Shown in pieces: positions 9,533-18,732 of a DNA stretch of 38,378 bases. Position 1 is the first letter of the stretch. Every line of letters begins with the position of its first letter. The DNA comes from Minisyncoccota bacterium (GTDB taxonomy: Bacteria > Patescibacteriota > Minisyncoccia > Phycocordibacterales > CAJQIN01): NCBI GenBank assembly GCA_022763265.1, contig JALEGR010000043.1:1-38378 (forward strand), given 5' to 3'. The notes beneath the pieces are model-generated. The model did no database searches. It was given only the letters and a program-made list of their open reading frames with translations, and was not told the origin of the DNA. Position numbers and translations under genes: made by a program.

Positions 9533-9959
9533 GGAGACGTTAAAGAATTTATTAGACAAACTTTATATAGAATCAGAAATAACTGAGGAGGAATCAGAAT
9601 TAATAGTAGACACAGTTTATTTTAATATACAGACAAGTGACTCTAATTTATTAATTGGACATGATGGAGATAGGTTAAGAGCCCTTAACCACTTAATGAG
9701 TAGAATGTTTCCTGGGGAAGAAAAGTTTTTAATTGATGTTAATAGGTACCACTTGGATAAATTGAATTCAATTAAACAAAAGGCTCTATTTGCTGCAAAT
9801 CGTGCTAAGTCTTATAGAACAAAGGTTGATTTAGATCCAATGAATTCGTACGAGAGAATGATTGTACACTCAGTCTTTGCTGATAGTCTAGATTTTAAGA
9901 CACATTCTGAAGGTATAGGACAGGAAAGACATATTATTATTGAGTATGTAGGAGATTAA
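9513..9959 (+). CDS. jag: Jag/KhpB-like RNA-binding protein (KH + R3H)
   Basis: The C-terminal R3H-type motif MNSYERMIVHSVF...HSEGIGQERHIIIE follows yidC. Confidence 0.78.
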   Translation: MNKDKIKETLKNLLDKLYIESEITEEESELIVDTVYFNIQTSDSNLLIGHDGDRLRALNHLMSRMFPGEEKFLIDVNRYHLDKLNSIKQKALFAANRAKSYRTKVDLDPMNSYERMIVHSVFADSLDFKTHSEGIGQERHIIIEYVGD

Positions 9960-11131
9960 ATTCTTCCTAAGTCTAAGGCCCAGAGAGTTAGATCTTTTTT
10001 ATTTATGAATAGTAGATGACTAGATGTTTGGTTTAGTCTAAGGTCTACCGCGTCTATGTCCTCTGTTGGGGAATGCAAAACTTCAAAGCCAAAACCTTTT
10101 GGATCGTAGGAAACAAACTCATCATCAAAAGATACTACTCCCTTGTACCAACTATCCGGGTAATCACCCAGGGGTAGCGTTTTTGGTGTTGCACACAAAA
10201 TTTCTTCAGAGTAATTAACGCATTTTTCTGGTAATGTGCCAGGTATTAGTTGCCCAATGGTTCCTGTGTTATCTAAGAATAGCCTAAACCGGTCAGTGTC
10301 AGATGTGAAAAGTGTGTTTTCACCAAAAGTTTTTAGTGTAAAACCTGGAAGACCACCAGTTATTTTTTCCAAAGACCCTGTTAAGCTACTCCTGTATGAG
10401 TATCCTAATGAAAGAGCACTTCCTTTGGTTGTAAATATTAACGTATTGTTCTCTGGCCAATCAATGTTCCATTGTTGTGATGGGATATTAAAGGAAGATT
10501 CTCCAATAACGACCTTGGTTTCCCCACCATCATTCTTTGTGTATGCAAAAGATTTAGTATCCGGCGAGACGGCAATATCCTCTATTCCCTCTTCTAGAAA
10601 TGTTTGTACTGAATCTTTTATACTACCTGTGCTTGTTCCGCTACTATTCTGTATTTCCAGCACCCTAGTTTCGATAGTTGAGTCACCTTTCTGGTAGATA
10701 ACACTATTTCCTTCATTAAACCATATTGCTTTTTGCACCTCAGGGATTGTTGTGTTTACTATCTTCCTCTCATCCCAGGAATTTACAGAAGTCTCTATAA
10801 TATGACCGTTACCTCGTAGGGTGTACCTGATAGTACTTGTTCCAACAAAGGTAGCGCCGGAAACAGCTTCATCAGTGATCTTCCTAAGTGTTGGAATAAT
10901 AAGGTTTCTTGTGTTTGTTTCAACAACCTCTCTTGTGGTATCTACTCTAGTGTCATTACCGATACCAAGAAAACTAAATATCCCACTCCTGCTTGTTTCT
11001 ACAGATTCTTCTCCTTGAGGTGTTGGGGTATCATCTAGGTACATTCTTATTACCCAGGCTGCTCCCCCTAGGACTAAAATTACTATAATTACTATAATTA
11101 TCTTTTTTGCCATTATTCTATTGGTGTACAC
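9956..11131 (-). CDS. Hypothetical membrane-anchored/secreted protein (distal gene of the T4SS-like cluster)
   Basis: 391 aa with an N-terminal TM segment (IIIVIIVILVLGGAAWVI) and a Ser/Thr/Gly-rich beta-type body. Overlaps the upstream pilin-like gene. No family recognised. Confidence 0.5.
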   Translation of the reverse strand: MYTNRIMAKKIIIVIIVILVLGGAAWVIRMYLDDTPTPQGEESVETSRSGIFSFLGIGNDTRVDTTREVVETNTRNLIIPTLRKITDEAVSGATFVGTSTIRYTLRGNGHIIETSVNSWDERKIVNTTIPEVQKAIWFNEGNSVIYQKGDSTIETRVLEIQNSSGTSTGSIKDSVQTFLEEGIEDIAVSPDTKSFAYTKNDGGETKVVIGESSFNIPSQQWNIDWPENNTLIFTTKGSALSLGYSYRSSLTGSLEKITGGLPGFTLKTFGENTLFTSDTDRFRLFLDNTGTIGQLIPGTLPEKCVNYSEEILCATPKTLPLGDYPDSWYKGVVSFDDEFVSYDPKGFGFEVLHSPTEDIDAVDLRLNQTSSHLLFINKKDLTLWALDLGRI

Positions 11132-11679
11132 TCTGACACAGTGATGTTTTCGTTTGACTTAATTAAATTTTTCCTTGCTTCGTTACATAATTCAAGTGTT
11201 GTTGAGTATCCTTTTTTAGGATCACCTCCATCTATAGAATATGTAACATAGTAATCTACAGGAGCATTTTCATTATTTTTTGCTTTTTCTATAACTTCCT
11301 TGGTTGTCAGTGGCTGATCTTTCTGGCCTTTATAGTTTAAATTAATATTCAAAATATTTTCATTAATAGTATAAAGAATTAGCCAGGCTGATATTGCTAA
11401 GAGTAAACCCAAAAGAGCATCTTGTATTTTTTTCTTTCCATCCTTTTTATTCTCAAAAGAGTCTGTTGTCATGTACTGAACTCCGCCAATAACTATCCAA
11501 ATGACAGCAAGAATTCCTGTTATTCCAATGATAACCTCAATCCACCCTTCTAGCAGTAGTTTAGCATCTCCGCTTTGGAGTACTTCAGGTAAATCATTAG
11601 ACAATGGCTTAAATTCTAGAGCCGCAAAGCTCACTATAGGTAGAAGGAGTATTATTACTGAGTAAAATATCTTTTTCAT
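11113..11679 (-). CDS. VirB2/TrbC-like T4SS pilin candidate with C-terminal extension
   Basis: Signal peptide (…LLLPIVSFAA), then two hydrophobic helices separated by a short polar loop (…IIGITGILAVIWIVIGGVQYMT…KKIQDALLGLLLAISAWLILYTI…). This is the typical pilin topology. Confidence 0.55.
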   Translation of the reverse strand: MKKIFYSVIILLLPIVSFAALEFKPLSNDLPEVLQSGDAKLLLEGWIEVIIGITGILAVIWIVIGGVQYMTTDSFENKKDGKKKIQDALLGLLLAISAWLILYTINENILNINLNYKGQKDQPLTTKEVIEKAKNNENAPVDYYVTYSIDGGDPKKGYSTTLELCNEARKNLIKSNENITVSECTPIE

Positions 11680-12620
11680 TAATAGTTAATTATTAGATCT
11701 GTTTGTATTTTTTGTAGAACTGTTTCTATGGAAGATACTAGTATAGATATACTAGAAGACCCATCACCCTCTATGTCTCTCCTGAAAATAACATCTCTGT
11801 CAGAAATATTATCTTCTAGTTTTTCCCCGTCCACTTCCCATACGTATTCTAAATTATTTGATCTAAAAAAGTAAGGAGTTGCTGATATTGTGATCTCCTC
11901 TTTCTCAAGTGAAAAAAGGTCAGGTAGTGTCTTGTTGTATAGAACACCAAGTAATGGGTCCTTTTCATAGAGGAGAACTTCTGGACTAGTTGTTTCAAGA
12001 GAAATTGATGATTCTGCTGAGTACCTACCATCTACTGTCTCTACAACCACTCTGACAATTGGATTACCTGAACTGATTGCTGGACCAATGTTGAAGGTAT
12101 TGGCCCCTACACCAGTAGTACTTGGTATTGATGACCCGTTATAATACCAGCTATATCTAAAACGATCTGGATTATTTGGATTTTCTCCAAAAATATTTGG
12201 CATTGCAACAAGAACTGTACTTGAGTACCTAGTTCTCAACGCTTTTCCTTTATAGAACATTGGTACTGTTGAATTTGTGGAATACCAAAGAATATCAACA
12301 GAAGCTGGTCTTATTGTTAGGTTTTTCTCAACCCTCTCGCCTTTAGATGTGGTAATAACTGCTGAAAGTAAGGTATTTGAGCCGGCTTCTTCTGTAGAAA
12401 AATCAAAAGATGTCTCTCCTAAGCCACTTTTCTCTTCAACTCCACCAATTAACCAGCGTATATTAGAGGTTTCTAGGTCCATAGAATAGCTTTGTAGGGT
12501 TGCTGTCATGGGAGTATTCGGCTCAGGGTTTTGTGGGCTTAAATATAGATAAACATTAGAACTACTTTGCGCAAATGCTGGAATAGCTACGAAAAAAAGC
12601 AATATAGAAAGGAATTTCAT
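11679..12620 (-). CDS. Hypothetical secreted protein
   Basis: 313 aa with a signal peptide MKFLSILLFFVAIPAFAQ. Start/stop coupled to its neighbours. Confidence 0.5.
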   Translation of the reverse strand: MKFLSILLFFVAIPAFAQSSSNVYLYLSPQNPEPNTPMTATLQSYSMDLETSNIRWLIGGVEEKSGLGETSFDFSTEEAGSNTLLSAVITTSKGERVEKNLTIRPASVDILWYSTNSTVPMFYKGKALRTRYSSTVLVAMPNIFGENPNNPDRFRYSWYYNGSSIPSTTGVGANTFNIGPAISSGNPIVRVVVETVDGRYSAESSISLETTSPEVLLYEKDPLLGVLYNKTLPDLFSLEKEEITISATPYFFRSNNLEYVWEVDGEKLEDNISDRDVIFRRDIEGDGSSSISILVSSIETVLQKIQTDLIINY

Positions 12621-12634
12621 ACTTATAGTATATC

Positions 12635-13084
12635 CTATCCATTGCCCTTTTTGGCTAACTTTTTACCCACAGACTTTTTTGGGTTTATAGACTTACCTAA
12701 TTCTCCAACAATACCACCTCTATCTTCTGATCTGGATATTGCTACTAGTAGAATAACTCCAACAGTCCAGCCAAAGAACCCAATACTGTCGAGTATAGGT
12801 ATTTGTTCTCCTATACCAGCAATGGTGCTTGTTAGGAATTTTTTAGGACTTTCAAATATCGGAACACCTTTTATGTTAAACCAGGTCCAAAAAAGGAACG
12901 CTATAAATATAGAACCACATAAATTTATAGCATAAAAAAATAAACCAGCACCAAATACAGCTACAAGCAAGTTACCTAGCCAGTCTAGGACAAGCTCCCA
13001 TAGGTCGTATACAAAAGCTGTAGCTATCATAACTACCCCTGTAACTTTTGTTATCCTATATTTAACTTCATCTTTTCTAGCCAT
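12635..13084 (-). CDS. Hypothetical polytopic membrane protein
   Basis: 149 aa with 3-4 hydrophobic helices. Overlaps the VirB4 gene stop region. Confidence 0.5.
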   Translation of the reverse strand: MARKDEVKYRITKVTGVVMIATAFVYDLWELVLDWLGNLLVAVFGAGLFFYAINLCGSIFIAFLFWTWFNIKGVPIFESPKKFLTSTIAGIGEQIPILDSIGFFGWTVGVILLVAISRSEDRGGIVGELGKSINPKKSVGKKLAKKGNG

Positions 13085-14888
13085 TTTGTCGCTTTTCCTC
13101 TTTAGCTTTCTGTATTGCTAAAAGCTGCGATGGGTCAGATGTAATTATCTGATCTTCTGTATAAGAAGCAATAACCTTTATAGCTACATGTTTTAATCCA
13201 GCAAAGAATATTCCTTCTCCAACCTGAGATTCAAGTAGTAGATATTTTTCTTCATCTGTTAAATTGAATACTTCTTGGAGTCTATCGACAGTAGTTGGTG
13301 ACTGCTTTAGAAGAAGTTGCATTGAAGAGTTTGTGATAATTGGTAGGCCATATGGTGAATTTAAGAAATCTCCAACATCTTGAGTTATTGTGGCTAGGCC
13401 TAGATAATACTTGCGTCCTCTTTTAGCTAGACCTAGTAGGAATGAGGCAGTATCTTCTGATTTCATCATCCACCAAGCCTCATCTATAACCAAAAGTCTT
13501 TTTTTCAGTTCTTTTCTAATAACATTCCAGATGAAGTGAGTGACAATATACATCGCTACAGGTTTCAACTCATCTTCCATGTCTCTGATTGAAAATACAA
13601 TAAACTTCTTATCCAAATCAATGTTGGTTGGTTGGTTAATGAAACCAGCCCAGGTACCTTTAGTATATTTTGAAAGTCTCTGAGCCAAAGACTCTCCCCC
13701 TTCCATACCTGATAGAACTAATTCAAAGTCAGACATTAAAGGTGGCTCCACTTTAGAGAAGTCTGAGTCAGCTGTAATATCTTTCAAGGCATATGTTTCT
13801 GTTATAGCCCTGTCTATGATAGCGTCTTCTTCTGCTGAAAGGCCTCCAAGCATTATTCTAAACAAGCCAACAAGGGTAATAATATTTGATCTAAGTACAT
13901 TTGCTGGTGTCTCATCTTCTCTTGGTGTTGGTAGATCAAATGGGTTGATGTGATAATTTGAGTTAAGGGAAATCTGGAAGAATCTTCCACCAACAGCTTC
14001 AGCCAGATACTCGTATTCATTTTCTGGATCAATGACCAAAACTTCAGTATCAAACATTAGTGATCTTAGGAGCTCTAGTTTTGTAGCATAAGATTTACCA
14101 GAACCAGATTTAGCAAAAGTGATTGAGTTATAGTTTTCAAGAGAAAATCTGTCAAATAGTATAAGGCTAGAATTATGTCTATTTATTCCATACAAAATTC
14201 CTTTGTCAGATGTGAGGTCAAAAGAAATAAAAGGAAAGATACTCGAAAGTGGTGATGAGTTTAGCTTTGTGTGTACTTTCAGAAGGTCGTTAGCTACAGG
14301 AACAACGCTTCCTAAGGCTTGTTCTTGTTGGAAAAGGGCCGGTTTTACGTATACCAATTTAGATTCGAGTATCGATTTCATTTCTGACTCTACATCATCT
14401 AGTTCTTCTGTGGTGTCAGCATATATTGAAATATAAAGGCCGACATCGAAAAGCCGCTCCTGTGCTTGCTGCAGTTTGTCTCGAAGATCCTCCAGGTCTT
14501 GATAAGCTGTATCTAGCTTTGGATCTCTAACTAGTCCCTTCCCTTCTCTTTCATGAATTTGGCTTTGGATCTCAGCAACTTTCTTCTGAAACTTTCTTAA
14601 AATACGAGACGTTTCAATAGGATGAATAAATATTGATACATCAAACATCTTGTCCAGGTTTATAATTGGAGAAAACCAACTCTCTGCCAGGTATCTTGGA
14701 TATGAGATCACAAAGAAGCTTCTCATTACTTTGTCTCCCAGGTGAACTTCTCTTGGTGTAATTCTAAGGGCACTTGGGGCGATAATATCTTTAAGCTCTA
14801 AAACATTTGCTTCATAAATATCCTGAGGCATTATCGAACTCAGGTCATTTTCTTTCTTTTCTTTTTTAAGGAAATCAAAAATACCCAT
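13077..14888 (-). CDS. virB4: VirB4/TrbE/CagE-family T4SS ATPase (ATPase part)
   Basis: Walker A FAKSGSGKSYATK and Walker B LLVIDEAWWMM. Also ...GLATITQDVGDF... and about 600 aa of typical VirB4 C-terminal architecture. Confidence 0.85.
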   Translation of the reverse strand: MGIFDFLKKEKKENDLSSIMPQDIYEANVLELKDIIAPSALRITPREVHLGDKVMRSFFVISYPRYLAESWFSPIINLDKMFDVSIFIHPIETSRILRKFQKKVAEIQSQIHEREGKGLVRDPKLDTAYQDLEDLRDKLQQAQERLFDVGLYISIYADTTEELDDVESEMKSILESKLVYVKPALFQQEQALGSVVPVANDLLKVHTKLNSSPLSSIFPFISFDLTSDKGILYGINRHNSSLILFDRFSLENYNSITFAKSGSGKSYATKLELLRSLMFDTEVLVIDPENEYEYLAEAVGGRFFQISLNSNYHINPFDLPTPREDETPANVLRSNIITLVGLFRIMLGGLSAEEDAIIDRAITETYALKDITADSDFSKVEPPLMSDFELVLSGMEGGESLAQRLSKYTKGTWAGFINQPTNIDLDKKFIVFSIRDMEDELKPVAMYIVTHFIWNVIRKELKKRLLVIDEAWWMMKSEDTASFLLGLAKRGRKYYLGLATITQDVGDFLNSPYGLPIITNSSMQLLLKQSPTTVDRLQEVFNLTDEEKYLLLESQVGEGIFFAGLKHVAIKVIASYTEDQIITSDPSQLLAIQKAKEEKRQNG

Positions 14889-14889
14889 G

Positions 14890-15510
14890 CTACTGTAATT
14901 TTATTGGCTTCTCTGTCTCACCCGGATTAAATAGCTTGTAAAATAACTCTGTTACCTCTTCTGTACCAAGTCGTGCTATTCGAATTCCAGAACTGGTCAA
15001 TCCACCTTCTACAACAGAAAGTCTTTGTTCTAACTGGGTTCTGTTCTCCTCAAAAGACTCTTCACTGTTACCTTCAGCCTTCTTTCTTTTTAGTAGCCCC
15101 CTTTTTTTTCTTTTGGAAAGCACTGAGGGGGAATAAGGAACAACTACAAAGAAGTTCTTAGTCATGATGTTTGTACTGTCAGTAAATTTCTTAATGAAAT
15201 CAATATATTCTTTGGTCTGAATCTTCAGGAGTTCGTTACTCTGGTCCTTCTCTTTATTTTCCAGGAGTGCAATATAGGGCCTTATATCAAGTCTTCTTGA
15301 TTGGATAAAAATTTGAACAGAAAAATCTATAGAGTTTAGGAAGTTCTGGAATTGGTACAAAATAGAGGTACGCTCTTCGTTTGATTTTAGGGCAAAGTTT
15401 ACGGAAGAAGCCATAATAACAGATCTTAGAGATCCATCTTTTAATATAACTATTCCATCGCGTATTTCTTCTATTGGAACAAAATCTTGAGTTGATTTTG
15501 ATGAGGCCAT
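14890..15510 (-). CDS. Hypothetical protein resembling the N-terminal domain of VirB4-type ATPases
   Basis: 206 aa. QDFVPIEEIRDGIVILKDGSLRSVIMASSVNFALKSNEERTSILYQFQNFLNSIDFSVQIFIQS resembles the N-terminal region of Gram-positive VirB4 homologs. It ends 1 nt before the virB4 ATG, in another frame. Confidence 0.45.
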   Translation of the reverse strand: MASSKSTQDFVPIEEIRDGIVILKDGSLRSVIMASSVNFALKSNEERTSILYQFQNFLNSIDFSVQIFIQSRRLDIRPYIALLENKEKDQSNELLKIQTKEYIDFIKKFTDSTNIMTKNFFVVVPYSPSVLSKRKKRGLLKRKKAEGNSEESFEENRTQLEQRLSVVEGGLTSSGIRIARLGTEEVTELFYKLFNPGETEKPIKLQ

Positions 15511-15543
15511 ACCTCTAATTATAACGTAGTATTGTTATAACGA

Positions 15544-15954
15544 CTATTTAGTAACTGGGTTATTCTGTTCTTTTACGTCAAGGGACCAAGTTAAGTCTTT
15601 TAACTTACTGTCTGATAGTTTTGGTACAGATAATCCTAGATTGGTTTTCTTCTCCTTCCTTTCTTTAGCTTGTTTTTCTTTTTTATCCCAGATATACAAT
15701 TTTTTGTTTAAACTATACCTGAAAAAAGCTTCCACCATCTCTATAAATGGTTTGTTATTTATTCTGTAGAAGGCTAGGGCTGCTCCAAAGATGACTACTG
15801 GTACAGAGAATATTATTGCCAAAAATCTTGGTAAAAATGAGAACAAAACAACTCCTATACCTAAAGACCCCGCAACATATATAAACTGCTTTAAGGTAAG
15901 TGGACCAAAAATTTTATCTTCGAAGTCTATAAATTGTGGTACTTGGAACTTCAT
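15544..15954 (-). CDS. PrgI-family (VirB3-like) membrane protein
   Basis: MKFQVPQFIDFEDKIFGPLTLKQFIYVAGSLGIGVVLF... is the characteristic PrgI-family N-terminus. Two TM helices. Located upstream of virB4. Confidence 0.6.
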   Translation of the reverse strand: MKFQVPQFIDFEDKIFGPLTLKQFIYVAGSLGIGVVLFSFLPRFLAIIFSVPVVIFGAALAFYRINNKPFIEMVEAFFRYSLNKKLYIWDKKEKQAKERKEKKTNLGLSVPKLSDSKLKDLTWSLDVKEQNNPVTK

Positions 15955-16589
15955 TCTAATGGTTCTCTATATGGATCCTGACCAGAGTATCCTCCTGTTG
16001 ATTTTGATAATTTGGAAGATATTGGCTTTTCAAATTTGTCAGATGAATCGTTTGGATTCTCAATCCCATGGAGTAGAGAATCTCTTTCGGGTGTTTCTTT
16101 TATTTCATCTTCCTCTCTTTCTCTTTCAATGTTTACTCCAACCTTGCTTTCATCAGTAGAGTCAGCTGGTGGTGCGGGTACTTCTTCTATAGGAAGGTTT
16201 TTTGGGACAGAATTTTTCACAGACCCGAAGGTACTGTTTATTATATCTTTTACATCTCCTGGTATGGATTTCATCAACTCATTAAACATCTGGTTTGTGA
16301 CTGGGGATGGTAGGTTTGTCAGAACGTGCTTAATCTGCTCCCTAAGGTCCTCTTTGTTTTGCATTAATATTAGGTAAAGGAAAAGTTCAAGTTTTATTTT
16401 CTCTGACCTCACTTGATCTATTGAGTGCTTATCAAAGACAGACTGGAAATCGTTGTCCCATTTATCCCCCTTCAGGTACTCTTTTATTGCACCTGGTAGA
16501 ATTTTTATTCTTTGTGAAATTGTTTGTGTTGAATCATCCATATTACTTTGATTCGTCTTTATTCTCGTCCTTATCCTCTGGCTTATCAT
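15951..16589 (-). CDS. Hypothetical protein
   Basis: 212-aa ORF overlapping both neighbours by a few to 47 nt. Acidic C-terminal half. No family recognised. Confidence 0.4.
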   Translation of the reverse strand: MISQRIRTRIKTNQSNMDDSTQTISQRIKILPGAIKEYLKGDKWDNDFQSVFDKHSIDQVRSEKIKLELFLYLILMQNKEDLREQIKHVLTNLPSPVTNQMFNELMKSIPGDVKDIINSTFGSVKNSVPKNLPIEEVPAPPADSTDESKVGVNIEREREEDEIKETPERDSLLHGIENPNDSSDKFEKPISSKLSKSTGGYSGQDPYREPLE

Positions 16590-18729
16590 CTGAGGTCTCT
16601 TTGTTTTGTTTAAGAGCTTCTTTCACAAGATCCTCCACTTTTTTGCCCCCCATTTTCTTTAGTAATGCCTGTTTAGCACTTCCTAGAGTACTCTTAGGCT
16701 GTAATCTAATTGCTCTCTGAAGAATGTTTCTATCGTAGACGGCATTAATGTAGGCTTCCTTTTCTATGTTAATTCGACTCTTTCTTTCTTTAATATTTCT
16801 TTTCTGTGCCTCGTCCTTACTTACACCTTTAATGCTATCAATTTTTTCTTGGGCGGCATTGAATGCATCAAGCTCTTTATTCATCACACCAGATGTTAGA
16901 AAGTCATTTAGGTCTTTTTTAGCTTTGACAAGTTTTTTCTTAGCCGCAGCAATTTTTGGCTTAAGCTCAGCTTTTCTTTCAGGGTTTTTAGTCAATTGCT
17001 CTTTTAGGTCTTTTGTCTCTTCTTCAGTCTCTTTTATCTCTTTGTTAAGGTTTCTAAACTTAGGACTTTTATCTTGGAGCTCTCTCTCTTTTGCTTCCTT
17101 TGCCAACTTAGCCTTAGCTAGCTTATCTTCTGCCTCAATAACAACGGTTGAGTCTTCTTCCATTGTCTCAAGTTTCTTGGATTCTCTTTCCACTATATTT
17201 TTTGTTTTCTTGCTGCGTAGCTGCACTATTCCACCATCTTTTATACCTTTTCCAACTTTAAAGTTACTCCCCAGGGCACTTGATAGGCCACCAATGGCAT
17301 CTGAGACAACCTCTGCATTTTTTATGTTTCGTGGGTCAAAACTGGCTGATCCAAGAGTAGGTCCAGCTTTTGCAACAAGTTTGCCCAAAGGGTTTTTTCT
17401 TGCCCTGAGACCAAGCCTACCGATGGTGCTAGTAATCTTACTATCACTATCTCGCATACCCTGTAGTCTTTTTTCTGAAGCTAGGAAGGCTGAAGGTCTA
17501 CCTAGGGCATTTCTTCCGATGAATCTAGTTAGTTTAAAAGCTCCTTCAACAGAAGCATCTCCCCCAACAGAGGCAAATCTCTTTGCCATTATTATGCTTC
17601 CAAGGAAAAAACCTACTGCAACAAAGAAACTTACTAATGCACCAACACTTCCCAGTATAAAAGATTTGGGAGACATCCACACTTTGTCGACACTTTCAAT
17701 CGCAGCACTAATTGAGCCAAGAATATCTATTGATATATACAAAAGTAATATAAAGACTGGTGCAAAAAGAACCTGGTCTGTAAGAGCGGCCCACCATTTT
17801 TGTGAAAGAGACTTTGTTTGTGGCAAAATCATACCAGCAAAAGCAAAAGGCGAAAGTACCATGAGAAATATAATTGTGATAAACCTAAAAAGAAACATGA
17901 AGGCTGCTATCAAAAGGACTAAGATAGCTATGAGCATTATAAAGATTGCAGCAATCTTTTTTGTGAGTATTTGGCCGGGGTCGGCCGTTAGTAATCCTTC
18001 TAGACTTAATTCAGATAATCCAAAGGCTATCTCTGGATCCCAAACTTCTACCACACCAAGCCTTTGCATTATGGCGCCAGATAAACCTCCGTTTGCAACA
18101 TTTACAAAACCAACGAAACCAGAATCACTCAGTCCCGCAGACGTAGATATTTGATTATAGAAAGATACCGCTAATGAATTAGAAACATCAACCAGTACTT
18201 TTGTAAAAAAAAGTGAAAAGTTAATTAAGAGTGCTGCAATAATTAAGTTTCTAAGGGCTTTATTTACATTTACACTCTCAAGCTGAACTATCTTAGCAAT
18301 GGCAATATATAAAAGTGCAAATATGAAGACGATATTTGCTAGGTCTCTAAATATAATCCAGCCACTTTCAATTGCGTTAACACTATTAATAATTTCACCC
18401 ATGTTGGATACGCTGACATAAAATATTGCATTAAAAAATAGTCCAGCTATCCACATTAAGAATGACACGAGGACTAGGAGTAGATAGGTAGTAAAGTTGA
18501 GCATACTTAAGAATACAGAGGATGCTATGTTATCAACATGACTAATGCTAGCAGCAGCAGATTGGCTTAGAGCACTAAGGTTTGGGAAAAGAACCTTGGC
18601 AGCCGTTTGAACATAATCGCCAAAGCTTGGATTAGTTGATTCCTGTGCATACGTTATCACCGGCACAAAAACAAGCATGACTAGAAAGCTAGCTAGTATG
18701 AATCTTGTTTTGTAAGAATTAATTTTCAC
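16543..18729 (-). CDS. VirB6/TrbL-like polytopic T4SS channel protein with long K/E-rich C-terminal tail
   Basis: 728 aa with a signal/TM start and at least 6 hydrophobic helices across aa 70-400. The C-terminal roughly 250 aa are charged coiled-coil-like (…KEAKERELQDKSPKFRNLNKEIKETEEETKDLKEQL…). Confidence 0.55.
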   Translation of the reverse strand: MKINSYKTRFILASFLVMLVFVPVITYAQESTNPSFGDYVQTAAKVLFPNLSALSQSAAASISHVDNIASSVFLSMLNFTTYLLLVLVSFLMWIAGLFFNAIFYVSVSNMGEIINSVNAIESGWIIFRDLANIVFIFALLYIAIAKIVQLESVNVNKALRNLIIAALLINFSLFFTKVLVDVSNSLAVSFYNQISTSAGLSDSGFVGFVNVANGGLSGAIMQRLGVVEVWDPEIAFGLSELSLEGLLTADPGQILTKKIAAIFIMLIAILVLLIAAFMFLFRFITIIFLMVLSPFAFAGMILPQTKSLSQKWWAALTDQVLFAPVFILLLYISIDILGSISAAIESVDKVWMSPKSFILGSVGALVSFFVAVGFFLGSIIMAKRFASVGGDASVEGAFKLTRFIGRNALGRPSAFLASEKRLQGMRDSDSKITSTIGRLGLRARKNPLGKLVAKAGPTLGSASFDPRNIKNAEVVSDAIGGLSSALGSNFKVGKGIKDGGIVQLRSKKTKNIVERESKKLETMEEDSTVVIEAEDKLAKAKLAKEAKERELQDKSPKFRNLNKEIKETEEETKDLKEQLTKNPERKAELKPKIAAAKKKLVKAKKDLNDFLTSGVMNKELDAFNAAQEKIDSIKGVSKDEAQKRNIKERKSRINIEKEAYINAVYDRNILQRAIRLQPKSTLGSAKQALLKKMGGKKVEDLVKEALKQNKETSDDKPEDKDENKDESK

Positions 18730-18732
18730 GTC

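Noticed and set aside
16766-18154. 462-aa plus-strand ORF
   Set aside because: It is antisense to the VirB6-like gene. Its Ser/Leu/Phe-rich translation is the mirror of the K/E-rich and hydrophobic coding strand. It has no start context.
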